Shown: positions 44,601-51,789, counted from the stretch's first letter. The stretch: 64,000 bases of DNA from Candidatus Uhrbacteria bacterium (GCA_026395055.1 JAPLZK010000002.1:192154-256153); one strand, 5' to 3'. Program-made: numbers and translations. The notes: generated from the sequence alone by a model not told the origin.

Positions 44601-45633
44601 TATTCCACGTCAGTGCTTCAAAGCGGATTCGGCAAAGTGTGCGGGTGGAACAAATGCGGCAGGTAAGGCGAGCAACGGAAAAGTTTGTGATCAATCGAAT
44701 CCATGTGGAGGTGATGCAAAGTGTGGTGATCAATCAAACCCGCAAGTTGCGGGAACCTGTTCAAAACAAGATGAAGGGAAAGTTGGTGGTCAATTAGGAT
44801 TTGAATGTTCCATCAGTCACACCTATTGCCGACCAAAAGGAACGTGTTGGGACGGAACGAATCCGGATGTTGCGAACGTTTGTACATCGAGTGCAGATTG
44901 TCCAAACGGCGGATCATGCGTGAATGATTCTGGATGTTATGGTGGGTACGGTGATTGTGTTCCAGCTCCAAAAGCATTTACTGGTTGTGATGCGGGGTAT
45001 ACGTGCCGTTTGGTTGGATCTTGTAATGGCGGAGACTCAAACGGGGAAAATGGAAAATTATGTACGACAGGAGGGCTTGGTTGGGAGTATTATCCAGATA
45101 ATAATAAAAATTATTGCGATCACACGTACACAAATGGAGTTGATACTGGTTCTGGAACCTGTCAGGTTCCGGTCTGTGGACCAAATTGCGGAAGCACCTG
45201 TCCAACCGCCTTCCAAAAAGTTTCTCTGCAAGTCCAAGGAAATGTAGCTGAGTCACAACCATCAAGTAATATTAATTTATATAGTTTCCAAAACGCTGCC
45301 GGTCAATCGCCAGATAGAGCAAGTATTCTTTTGCCTGCATGTCGCGTTGGGTCTAGTATCACAGCCGATATTGCAACCGGAAGTGCGCTTCTGAATACGG
45401 GGAATAACGCACAAATAATCGCGGCAACAAAAATAGATGCCAATGGAAAATATGTAAATGCTCAAACACAGACAGATATATTTGGTATCGGAAACGGAAT
45501 TAAACTGCCACTCCCAACCAAGTTTATCTGTCATGATGTTCCATTCTCTCTTCCGTTCAATGTAACACTCAATCCTCCGGCAGCATCGTCCGTTTCAATG
45601 AAGAACTTCGAGTTTACCTATTGTCCGCTTTAA
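35623..45633 (+). CDS. Giant surface protein (3336 aa): pilin-like N-module, Big/Ig-like and IPT/TIG domains, Myxococcus-type Cys-rich repeats
   Basis: Uninterrupted 10 kb ORF starting 9 nt after the previous stop. N-module matches the upstream paralog. IPT/TIG-like segments (IQSVSPDNGAVNNLVTITGSGFG; PSICSIVPSSGPIGTSVSLIGENFG) and more than 12 repeats of CG(N/D)Gx4-6GExCDDGNxxDGDGCSxxC. Confidence 0.85.
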   Translation: MNLYRLFKSISILAVLVCTGIFFVHPVFAVSPTDSNAFSSFAASAGFAAGPSVIVIIARLIRTFISFLGVIAVIIVLYGGFMYMTAGGNDERVKKAKKIILNGIIGLVIVLLSFTIAQFIVGKLVAATSEADISAYCLQNPTDPTCKKSPPFPPAVPPFTLNPPTSLIQCAAGIRNLKLVFVFSKSVKDEKGITVKQNGADVPGTFSFSGSKIMFVPDAKCDAPNDTLHCFAKDSTFHVEVDSTKVKSSNDIALTCKVVGGVNPCSFNFTTGSSVDVKPPQEVSFVDPKDGAKAILGLSKALQVKTVDDSGVASVDFFAIDGSVPINISSTPVNPTVANGLTTANFNGVWVPVGLETNAPYSVWATATDCAGNTKTSSKVSLMLRAPNCDNSAQDAAAPYGETGSCKPGEACDCGGSSTSPFYCGLCKPSACTNSAECSSGYCIAGKCQDVAVIQSVSPDNGAVNNLVTITGSGFGTVPGTIDFLGTEKENTTKSANAYQCGASVSWSPKEIVVQIPAGSIDGPLKVNIPAVGADPAQSDRTDDAVGPAMSLFDVNAIKRPGLCSVAPVAAEVNTPITLTGLSFGSTQGSSSIYLSSFEAKATNWTGTVLGATVPGVESGKYDAQVFTGDYFCLNASGVKVNPAVTCFSNDDCTKVDPAYTCGTSWCSESLKFCQNNSACGVGEGKCVDVRVGSNTKSFVATNTPSASKPVIKSIDPSRKLCYWSADQLKPLQTKQGLSDTNFNSFVDSLNGTTMGIGSLCSADTDCSKKISGDTYNGVCKEYPNTGGPGQYITIYGLGFGTAKGTVKFTDANEYYALGDVSFPDACGKDYWHDDHIIVKVPKSYSSQAGDLTNTNYNVTVSTQGNVASDPVAFHVYPQVVPGPSICSIVPSSGPIGTSVSLIGENFGLPVTNTGYNLQAVFTDNQQSKPGSWANTLVSNILVPATAKSGPVHLEFGSNSLNFTVGNCKTDSKIVCSAGQTCCANGTCSLSCDDTPKISHFAYKVSTSPFPVAPTVVVNCSDPKFAKPSPSPSPLWSKQDNICVTSAVTASFSVAMDPNTLTATNIKIQKCTSEANGVCANSGWQDVVGAFQVPSAVAFQWAPTPPAVLDANTLYQVTIKGASAPGGGVKSKGSGLTLGVSMAQDFSWQFRTSASNKDCGIGSVAVSPANYLATNASETIGYLSQLLSNQDSCIVLSCNPYKVRWNSDTWNATFAPSHTLTVPDAAADPALGSCSASVFPDANTIPGFPAHISSVVINDGKNPHATGTGNLNIALTNPKVSDYFPNCSSACGNAMPWVTFNVAMNPWYFSNAGAIRIFKCQNSLCDQSQETFQNIISGITYDAATYKAKIGLNTSLTQNTWYRIVVSGTIKSGTQAPLSNSGSNFGTSENKFFSGDFSWRFKTKDSAISCVVDRVGVSPKTATLNYVGQRQEYSATAFGAPDDCSVTGQALQSTGWGTWGATDTPNKIGAASYVLGVDHKLNEITTFMLNEGSLALASTLPKTCAANCLFTGNPINVGQAVCGNSSIENGESCDDGNTTDGDGCSSICLKEGTVAPTCGNGAMNTGEQCDDGNTIDGDGCSSKCLFEGATSIKSVCGDGVWDHTDKNGGEACDDGNTKNGDGCNSNCLLEGGVAAYSSARCGDGSVGVGETCDDGNTVDGDGCSSICLNEGTVKGTDATKAQCGNGVTNVGEDSGCDLGVGSVAPGCSTKCLKLGSSPSYPSPSICGNGGALETGEQCEAAAGASYVAGPYGVAEVSPGASVEVEKDITKATFGYAISNVSATVGGKTGVGEFKLLCSCEADNQCGTKSGDPTKTLGCGASKCCYERPAITASAPGDNATGVCRNTAISFTFDQEMDANSFGSVDLDGDGKISTAETDPNLQLELITMKSALGVDENVTAANCPYYAQPVGFLHAKNLLVSAWNWIKGLFGQPAMANATTQCYVPTTYEQDPATHQVYLRYTERLLPLAKYKLTVKTKNGNAKGILSKNQVSICLGDNGTACQSVSQTNTFTTGSDICLLDVAQTTDEGITPAPPSYLSTSPGYYSKTNETHNFSVKPLSYRKNTGLLEEITSIPNVYSWTWSWGAPVKDTGTNVDILGTIAVSTTSNSQYKALGKNGSGDVIATATITSDAVSKVSTTGSGVSGHVSEVAFLCENPWPDLAHGVPFVETGANTNFSLFYCRDIGKPGEGKMLPVLALPPTDATPDQKIINTNVLKELVFHVEGTKDSIGVRVLSNPKYLSPLAWFQSQGFTGTPKTTTLDGYEAVQTGTTIYAAAANRNGSNLYSNIYVVSFNSDAGKDAQDIFDLVLKNFHLNANDTGATGVSHVGLCMSGNAYTPIAGPFVACSWDGDCLNQCKPEGKCSVTGTVCDPKLGNTECAADPNAFCDADKQKLIRDTKRLTDMTSMVATFEKYGSSHGHCSVTKNQTCSTNAQCSGTETCVPGYPTVQSGTFIPSMSNSIWPSWNSTLGNAVGGALPTDPLNQYWAQCKNVGAGYDSATCWNSTQGKFVCPDGSHVYGYQNQGGEDYTLSTELEYGAVAWVNKIDQSASDHATIQASYGLNKSPAGLLDGFTIAPQYCNATTFGSSTICGDGVKGVGEACEKGEVKSIACAAGAGFINVTCKSDCSDFQDEAAAKAAGATCKPFACGNGVKDPGETCDDGALNGTYGHCGANCTLANAFSCGDGYLAGNEQCDCGTPTNFSTLAGASWAKSNNHCDTYNGGYSATGKNCTVDCKLPGPMCSDAIVNDSSEVCDKSTETYAGALNADGTKCNASSGCAVAACTKSKICTAGTNIGSTCTTDLNCPTDAADVCASDTCVAKKCSASGKACGTNADCVGKCSVSGKLCGTTADCAGKCSAELYDLTRTRTCQNYGTSPVSQACSWITNANSGWGDCAGGPQQCGNGKKEGAEECDDGNSSDNDSCTNACKLNVCGDNKVNVGIESCDSGGANGTVCNAAYGASCNFCNKFCQYKTQSGPYCGDGVINGNEYCDGNDIPRQCFKADSAKCAGGTNAAGKASNGKVCDQSNPCGGDAKCGDQSNPQVAGTCSKQDEGKVGGQLGFECSISHTYCRPKGTCWDGTNPDVANVCTSSADCPNGGSCVNDSGCYGGYGDCVPAPKAFTGCDAGYTCRLVGSCNGGDSNGENGKLCTTGGLGWEYYPDNNKNYCDHTYTNGVDTGSGTCQVPVCGPNCGSTCPTAFQKVSLQVQGNVAESQPSSNINLYSFQNAAGQSPDRASILLPACRVGSSITADIATGSALLNTGNNAQIIAATKIDANGKYVNAQTQTDIFGIGNGIKLPLPTKFICHDVPFSLPFNVTLNPPAASSVSMKNFEFTYCPL
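40180..40860 (+). repeat. Tandem array of ~6 degenerate ~110-120-bp coding repeats (Cys-rich CGNG...CDDGN...DGCS modules)
   Basis: Repeated tgtgga(a/g)a(c/t)gg...tgtgatga(t/c)gg(a/c)aa...ga(c/t)gg(t/c)tg(t/c)tc units read in the sequence. Confidence 0.75.
43380..44620 (+). repeat. Second, more dispersed array of the same Cys-rich module (at least 6 copies)
   Basis: CGDGVKGVGEACEKGE, CGNGVKDPGETCDDG, CGDGYLAGNEQCDCG, CGNGKKEGAEECDDGNSSDNDSC, CGDNKVNVGIESCDSG, CGDGVINGNEYCDGND. Confidence 0.7.
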
Positions 45634-45642
45634 ACGAATCGT

Positions 45643-46428
45643 ATGGATTTCGGTGATCATCCCGCACAGCCAAGACGCATCTCAAGAAAACTCGTCCTCA
45701 TTATTCTTGGGGGAATTGTTTTGGCTGGTGGGATCTTCTGGGGAGTTTTTTCCCTGATCCATCAGAATGCTCCGTTGACGACTTCAAGTTCTTCTTTATC
45801 AAACGTCTTTGGGAACTCTGCGCAAACTTCATCTGATCCGTGTGTGCAAACTTCGGACGCAAGTGTCTGTAAGATTACAAAAGCAAAAGATCTTGCAATC
45901 TCTTCCAAAAAACCTGATGCTTGTGACGTTCTCAAAGATGCAGATAAAAATGATTGTTACTGGAGTGTTGCGCGCGTAGCAAATGACGCCTCGATATGTG
46001 GAAAAATAGCTGATAAAGATATTTCCGCGCGTTGCTCGACGGAATTAAGTGCATCCGCGGCTTTTTCCGCGTCAGATGGAACGTTGTGTGATAAAATAGG
46101 GGACGTAAATGTGAAATCAAACTGTCAGAAGGTAATCACTTCAACAAAGGATCTCGTTTGCGCAAGCACAGATACAGATTGTCTGTTTACACGAGTGCTC
46201 GCAGCGGCAAATCAGGCACAAGATTCAGATGTCTGTAATGTTCTTGACCCAAAGCGTGAAGCGGATTGTAGAGCGCAGGTTCTTGTGAACGACCCAGATC
46301 ATGATGGTCTTGATTCCACCCAAGAAATCGTCTTGTATCACACAGATCCGCATAATGCAGATACGGATGGTGATGGGTACTCCGATGGTTCGGAAGTGAA
46401 TTCGGGACACGATCCTTTGAAAAAGTAA
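45643..46428 (+). CDS. Membrane-anchored Cys-rich protein with C-terminal TSP3/dockerin-like Ca-binding repeat pair
   Basis: N-terminal TM (LVLIILGGIVLAGGIFWGVF), 16 Cys in the ectodomain, C-terminus DPDHDGLDSTQEIVLYHTDPHNADTDGDGYSDGSEVNSGHDP. Confidence 0.7.
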   Translation: MDFGDHPAQPRRISRKLVLIILGGIVLAGGIFWGVFSLIHQNAPLTTSSSSLSNVFGNSAQTSSDPCVQTSDASVCKITKAKDLAISSKKPDACDVLKDADKNDCYWSVARVANDASICGKIADKDISARCSTELSASAAFSASDGTLCDKIGDVNVKSNCQKVITSTKDLVCASTDTDCLFTRVLAAANQAQDSDVCNVLDPKREADCRAQVLVNDPDHDGLDSTQEIVLYHTDPHNADTDGDGYSDGSEVNSGHDPLKK

Positions 46429-46476
46429 TTATTCTACACGCCTTGCCTTTCGGCAGGCAGGTAATCGCCATTCAAT

Positions 46477-47112
46477 ATGTTTGATGAAATTTCAAAAGAA
46501 CCAGAGGATGTGTTCGCACAAACGGACGCTGCAGCGCCGCAAATGACGCCACCAACCATGAACGCACCTCAACCTACCGTTGCGCCAGCGCCTGCAATGG
46601 CCGCCGCGTCTGCTCCGGTTATCGTGTCAGCATCTGAAAAAAGACCGTTTCCATGGAAACTTGTCGTTCTTTTTGTGGCGATTGTTGTTGTTGTTGGACT
46701 CGCGTTTTTCCTTAGCATGAAAATTCTCAACTCTCGTACGCCTGTTACGCCATCCGCACCTGTTGAAACTGCACAGCCTGCGACACAGGTTCCAACTCCA
46801 GAAGTTCCCGCTGTTGCACCCACAACAACACCTGTTGATCAAACTGCGCCAGCCCCAACTCCTGTTGTCGATCAAACACTCGATTCAGATAAAGATGGTC
46901 TGACGGATGTTCGCGAAGCACAACTCGGAACCAATCCAAATAATCCAGATACAGATGGAGACGGCTTGTTTGATAAGGAAGAGGTGGATGTTTACCACAC
47001 AAATCCATTAAATCCAGATACAGACGGAGATGGATTCAAAGATGGTGATGAAGTTAAGAAAGGATATAATCCAAATGGCCCAGGAAAACTTCTTCAAATT
47101 CCTCAAAAATAA
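46477..47112 (+). CDS. Single-pass membrane protein with Pro/Thr-rich linker and two DxDxDG Ca-binding repeat pairs
   Basis: TM LVVLFVAIVVVVGLAFFL, linker PVTPSAPVETAQPATQVPTPEVPAVAPTTTP, then DSDKDGLTDVREAQLGTNPNNPDTDGDGLFDKEEVDVYHTNPLNPDTDGDGFKDGDEV. Confidence 0.7.
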   Translation: MFDEISKEPEDVFAQTDAAAPQMTPPTMNAPQPTVAPAPAMAAASAPVIVSASEKRPFPWKLVVLFVAIVVVVGLAFFLSMKILNSRTPVTPSAPVETAQPATQVPTPEVPAVAPTTTPVDQTAPAPTPVVDQTLDSDKDGLTDVREAQLGTNPNNPDTDGDGLFDKEEVDVYHTNPLNPDTDGDGFKDGDEVKKGYNPNGPGKLLQIPQK

Positions 47113-47114
47113 GT

Positions 47115-48113
47115 ATGGCGGACCAGATGCTCCAACAACCCGTGACGCAAACGTCAACGCAAAACACACCTGATCAAGTGCGTGTGTTTGCGATGCCAGC
47201 ACGTTATCGTCACGGTGCGGTTGTGAATATGGTTGAACCCGTAAAAGCATCTGCCCCAACAGCCATTGTTCAGCCACCCGTTCCGCCAAAAGTTCTCGCG
47301 CCCATTCCGTCTGCACTTCCACAAAAACAACAGCCTTCACAGACAAAAAAAGGGTTATTGGTTGCTGGAGTCATTGTTCTTATTGCTCTTGGAATTGGCG
47401 GTTATCTTTTGTGGCGTAGTGTACAAAAAAATAAAGAAGCGATTCCTGTGGAACAACCTTCGCAAACGCAAACAACTTCTGAGACTCCGGCAATAACCCC
47501 AGCCACACCCGTTACAACACCTGTGACAACAGGAACGGTTCCATCAACAAATCCATTCCCGTCCGCGGTAACGCCTGGAGTAGATACGGATTCAGACGGT
47601 CTGACGGATATTGAAGAAACAATTGTCTACGGAACCAATCCAAATTTACCCGACACAGATGGTGACGGGTTCCTAGACGGAAATGAAGTTTTTCACGGAT
47701 ATAATCCAAACGGAACAGCTCCTGGGACACTTGAACTTGCCGGACTCGCACAAATGCTGAAGATCGACGGAATTCAGATGTTGTACCCAATGAAATGGAC
47801 CGTTCTCCCCGCATCTTCAGGAACAGGATCTGTTGTTTCAACAACAACAGGTGAAAGTGTTACGGTGAGTATTCTTGCAAAAGATGCATCGCTTTCTCTT
47901 TCCGATTGGTATCAACAATCCGGAAAAGCAGGAGCTCCCTCTAGCTCGAAGAGCAGAAAAGGGTACCCAATGCTCGTGGATAAAAACCAGTTGGGTGTGT
48001 ATTTAGATCTTGGAACACAGGTGGTGAGTCTGATTTATGACACGTCCACAAAAGCAACCATAGATTATCTTCAGACATTTCAAATGATGGTGAATAGTGT
48101 AGAAAAAATATGA
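47115..48113 (+). CDS. Single-pass membrane protein with Pro/Thr-rich linker, DxDxDG repeat pair and C-terminal beta-rich domain
   Basis: TM LLVAGVIVLIALGIGGYLLW, then DTDSDGLTDIEETIVYGTNPNLPDTDGDGFLDGNEVFHGYNPNG. Paralogous to the two preceding genes. Confidence 0.7.
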   Translation: MADQMLQQPVTQTSTQNTPDQVRVFAMPARYRHGAVVNMVEPVKASAPTAIVQPPVPPKVLAPIPSALPQKQQPSQTKKGLLVAGVIVLIALGIGGYLLWRSVQKNKEAIPVEQPSQTQTTSETPAITPATPVTTPVTTGTVPSTNPFPSAVTPGVDTDSDGLTDIEETIVYGTNPNLPDTDGDGFLDGNEVFHGYNPNGTAPGTLELAGLAQMLKIDGIQMLYPMKWTVLPASSGTGSVVSTTTGESVTVSILAKDASLSLSDWYQQSGKAGAPSSSKSRKGYPMLVDKNQLGVYLDLGTQVVSLIYDTSTKATIDYLQTFQMMVNSVEKI

Positions 48114-48547
48114 TTCAAATTGAACTGAATCAAGAGCTGTTGAAAGGGGGAATGCGGTTTCCGGAAGCGCGCTTGATTCAGATTGCAAAAGAAGTCTCAA
48201 GTGCCTTGAAGTTAAAGCGCAAGCACAATATTTCCGCCGCGTTTGTGTCGGAAAAGGAGATGAAGAAGCTCAACTTGCATCACAGAGGAAAGAATTCTGT
48301 GACGGATGTTTTATCATTCACACTCAATAACGAAGATTATTTTGGCGAGATCTTGTTCAGTTACGAACAGGCAAAGCGTCAGGCAAAAGAAATGAAGCAT
48401 TCGGTTCGTGATGAGATCACGTTCCTTACGGTTCATGGGCTGCTTCATGTGTTCGGGTTTGATCATGAAAAACCGCTCGATGCAAAAAAGATGTTTCCCT
48501 TGCAGACAAAAATTTTACTCAAGCTTGGTGTGGATCCCCGAATATGA
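48110..48547 (+). CDS. ybeY: Endoribonuclease YbeY (rRNA maturation factor)
   Basis: Zinc motif HGLLHVFGFDHE. ATGA overlap with the upstream gene. Confidence 0.85.
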   Translation: MIQIELNQELLKGGMRFPEARLIQIAKEVSSALKLKRKHNISAAFVSEKEMKKLNLHHRGKNSVTDVLSFTLNNEDYFGEILFSYEQAKRQAKEMKHSVRDEITFLTVHGLLHVFGFDHEKPLDAKKMFPLQTKILLKLGVDPRI

Positions 48548-48912
48548 TTGCTTGGAAGCAGCTGCAAAAAAGTTTTGGGTATGCAACAAACGGCCTCTCG
48601 ACCGTTTTTCGATCTGAGCAAAGCTTCCGTTTGCAATCAATTGTTGCGCTGTGTGTTGTCGTACTCGCCATGTATTTTCGTATTCCACATCTTGAATTCA
48701 TCATTCTGTTGCTCTTGATTGCGGCTGTATTGATTCTCGAACTCGTGAACAGTATCTTTGAACGCATGCTTGACGCCTTTAAACCAAGACTTCACCCAAT
48801 CGTAAAGGAAGCCAAAGACATGATGGCCGCAGCGGTTCTTCTCATGTCGTTGTTTGCCTTCGTTATTGGGATCTTGATTTTTCTGCCATACGTTCGTTTG
48901 CTGTTTTTGTAA
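48544..48912 (+). CDS. dgkA: Diacylglycerol/undecaprenol kinase
   Basis: Three-TM 122-aa protein with ELVNSIFE (ELxNSAIE motif). ATGA overlap with ybeY. Confidence 0.75.
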   Translation: MIAWKQLQKSFGYATNGLSTVFRSEQSFRLQSIVALCVVVLAMYFRIPHLEFIILLLLIAAVLILELVNSIFERMLDAFKPRLHPIVKEAKDMMAAAVLLMSLFAFVIGILIFLPYVRLLFL

Positions 48913-48982
48913 GTTCCGAGCTATAATTTTGGTATTCAAATCGCTCGCCACGCACTATTTACTACTCGCTACTCTTTCCCTT

Positions 48983-50242
48983 ATGTCCGAAGAAGTATTC
49001 ACTGGTCTCGATATTGGCTCTTGCGCTGTGCGTGTTGCTGTTGGAAAACTCGTTCCATCAGCGGACGGCAAAGAACAAATTCATATCGTGGGCGCAGTGG
49101 AAGTTCCCTCATCTGGTATCAATAAAGGAACCGTCACCAATCTGGAAGACGCGGTTTCTTCTGTTTCAAGAGCGCTTGAACAAGCGGAACGCATCACGGG
49201 ACTCCCTTTGAATAAAGCTTGGGTAGGGATCAGCGGAAGTCACATCATCTCCCAAGAATCTCGAGGAGTCATTGGGGTTGGACGTTCGGATGGAGAGATT
49301 CGTGAAGAAGATGTCGAGCGCTCCATTGAAGCAGCTCGAACCGTTGCAACGCCAACTAACTACGAAATCATTCACGTCATCCCAAAAAGTTTTATTGTGG
49401 ACGGTCAACGGGGAATTAAAGATCCCGTTGGAATGAATGGAATTCGGCTGGAGGTCGACGCGCTCATCATTCAGGGGCTCGGCTCACAAATTAAAAATAT
49501 TACAAAGGCCGTTTATAGAACAGGATTAGATATCGAAGACTTAGTGTTCTCGATACTTGCCACAGCAGAAGCGGTCATCTCGGAGCGTCAGAAAGAGCTC
49601 GGGGTTTGTGTTGTAAACATCGGCGCTTCGACGACGAGTCTCGTTGTGTTCGAAGAAGGGGATATCCTTCACACTGCTGTGTTGCCGATTGGGTCGGATC
49701 ATATTACGTCGGATATTGCCATTGGACTTCGAACATCTATCGATGTTGCGGAGCAGATGAAGTTGCGACATGCAACCTGTTTGCCCGAGGAGGTCGGAAA
49801 GAAAGACGAGATCAACCTTGCGGAACTCGGTGCGCCAGAGGAAGAATGGGTTGGTCGAAGATTTGTGGCCGACATTACAGAGGCGCGCGTTTCCGAGATT
49901 TTCGAACTTGTAGATCGTGAACTTCAGAAGGTGGATCGCTCAGGAATGCTTCCTGCCGGAGTTGTTCTTACGGGGTCTGGCGCGAAGCTTGTCGGAATGC
50001 TGGAGGCGGGGAAGGCAACGCTTCGTTTGCCAATCTCTCTTGGAACACCAATCGGCGTATCGTCTGTGATTGATCGGATCAATGATCCTGGAATGAGCAC
50101 CGCAATTGGACTTGTTCTCTGGGGAAAACATATCAGAGGAGCTCATCAAGACAAAGGGTTTGGACAGATTATGTCGAAGATCGGAGGACTGGAGAAGGTT
50201 GGAAGTGGATTCATGAAGATGTTGAAGCAATTGAAGCCATAA
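48983..50242 (+). CDS. ftsA: Cell division protein FtsA
   Basis: Actin-like ATPase (GLDIGSCAVRVAV ... VVNIGASTTSLVVF ... GSDHITSDIA). Start trimmed to MSEEVFTGLDIG. Confidence 0.85.
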   Translation: MSEEVFTGLDIGSCAVRVAVGKLVPSADGKEQIHIVGAVEVPSSGINKGTVTNLEDAVSSVSRALEQAERITGLPLNKAWVGISGSHIISQESRGVIGVGRSDGEIREEDVERSIEAARTVATPTNYEIIHVIPKSFIVDGQRGIKDPVGMNGIRLEVDALIIQGLGSQIKNITKAVYRTGLDIEDLVFSILATAEAVISERQKELGVCVVNIGASTTSLVVFEEGDILHTAVLPIGSDHITSDIAIGLRTSIDVAEQMKLRHATCLPEEVGKKDEINLAELGAPEEEWVGRRFVADITEARVSEIFELVDRELQKVDRSGMLPAGVVLTGSGAKLVGMLEAGKATLRLPISLGTPIGVSSVIDRINDPGMSTAIGLVLWGKHIRGAHQDKGFGQIMSKIGGLEKVGSGFMKMLKQLKP

Positions 50243-50454
50243 GTGCAAATAATTTGAGTGAAACAAAACATGTCTCTTCGGCATGTTTTTCTTTTTTTGG
50301 CCAGTTTATCTATCCACAGTTGCGATTTTGTTTTCTTGACTTCCCCTTTGACGATGTTACAGTGTCATTACAATTTTTGTGCGCAAACAAAGGAAAAGTG
50401 AACAATAATAGTGTTCATCTTCGCACAAAACTTATTCGATTGAATACGAAATAT

Positions 50455-51789
50455 ATGGCACAAGTGAAACCTGACATCGAAACGTTTGCTAAGATTAAAG
50501 TTGTGGGAATTGGTGGGGGCGGAAGCGCTGCTATTAATCGCATGATCTCTGACAACATCAAGGGTGTTGAATTTATTGTTATCAATACAGACGTTCAAGC
50601 ATTGAACCAAAACTTGGCAGCAACAAAAATCGCAATTGGAAAAACCATTACACGCGGTCTTGGTGCGGGAATGAATCCAGAAGTTGGAGCACGCGCCGCG
50701 GAAGAAACACAAAATGAAATCCGTGAAGCGCTCATGGGTTCTGATATGGTGTTCCTTACGTGTGGACTCGGAGGCGGAACCGGAACGGGTGCAATCCCAG
50801 AAGTTGCAAAACTTGCAAAGGACATTGGTGCACTTACAGTTGCAGTTGTCACAAAGCCGTTTACGTTCGAAGGTGCACAACGTCGTCGCATTGCAGATGA
50901 AGGTTTTGAGAAGGTTATGAAGTATGTTGATGCGATCATCACCATTCCAAACGATCGAGTTCTCCAGATTATCGACAAAAAGACTTCTCTCATGGATGCG
51001 TTTAAAGTTGTTGACGATGTTCTTCGTCAGGGTGTGCAGGGAATTGCCGAACTTATTACCGTTCCTGGACTCATCAACGTTGACTATGCCGATGTAAAGG
51101 CCATCATGGAATCAAGCGGTTCAGCCCTCATGGGAATCGGTCGAGCGAGCGGTGAGAACCGAGCGGTGGAAGCGGCAAAGCAAGCAATTGCAAGTCCTTT
51201 GCTTGAACTCTCCATCGATGGTGCACGCGGAATCTTGTTTACCATTACGGGTGGAAGCGATCTTGGAATGCATGAGGTTGCAGAGGCGGCCAAGATCATT
51301 ACAAGCTCAGCAGATGAAGACGCGAAAGTGATCTTTGGAGCAAACATCGACGATTCTCTTGGAGACGAAATTCGTATCGCCGTCGTTGCCACAGGATTTG
51401 ATTCTCGTGAACGCCGCACAACGTCACCAGGTGTTGTAGAGGTACAAGCACAGGGAACTTGGGCGCCAAACACCTTCTTGCGTGTGCGTGAAGAAGAAAG
51501 CCTTCCGCGTCCAGCTCCACGTCCAAAAGTAAATTTTCAATCTCCCGCAAAACCAATGATGGAAACTCCGCGTCCTCAAATGGAGATGCGTAGAGAAACA
51601 TATAATCCGCCAACACCCATCATGGCGCCTTCCCCCGCTCCAGCACCAGCTCCCATGCCCATGATGATGCAACAGCAGGAAGCTCCGGTGCGCATTGCGC
51701 CAAGACCGATGCCTGTTATGCAATCACCGCAGCAGTCTCAAGAAGACGAGATTGAGATTCCTGCATTTATCAGAAAGAAAATGATCTAA
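50455..51789 (+). CDS. ftsZ: Cell division protein FtsZ
   Basis: Tubulin signature GGGTGTG, VKIKVVGIGGGGSAAINRM, and a Pro-rich C-terminal tail with conserved C-terminal peptide IEIPAFIRKK. ATG at 50455. Confidence 0.95.
   Translation: MAQVKPDIETFAKIKVVGIGGGGSAAINRMISDNIKGVEFIVINTDVQALNQNLAATKIAIGKTITRGLGAGMNPEVGARAAEETQNEIREALMGSDMVFLTCGLGGGTGTGAIPEVAKLAKDIGALTVAVVTKPFTFEGAQRRRIADEGFEKVMKYVDAIITIPNDRVLQIIDKKTSLMDAFKVVDDVLRQGVQGIAELITVPGLINVDYADVKAIMESSGSALMGIGRASGENRAVEAAKQAIASPLLELSIDGARGILFTITGGSDLGMHEVAEAAKIITSSADEDAKVIFGANIDDSLGDEIRIAVVATGFDSRERRTTSPGVVEVQAQGTWAPNTFLRVREEESLPRPAPRPKVNFQSPAKPMMETPRPQMEMRRETYNPPTPIMAPSPAPAPAPMPMMMQQQEAPVRIAPRPMPVMQSPQQSQEDEIEIPAFIRKKMI

Noticed and set aside
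40180-44620. Cys-rich repeat arrays inside the giant gene as possible assembly artefact or collapsed-repeat frameshift
   Set aside because: The copies are clearly diverged at the DNA level and the 10 kb frame is uninterrupted. That argues for genuine ancient tandem duplications, though copy number still deserves long-read confirmation.
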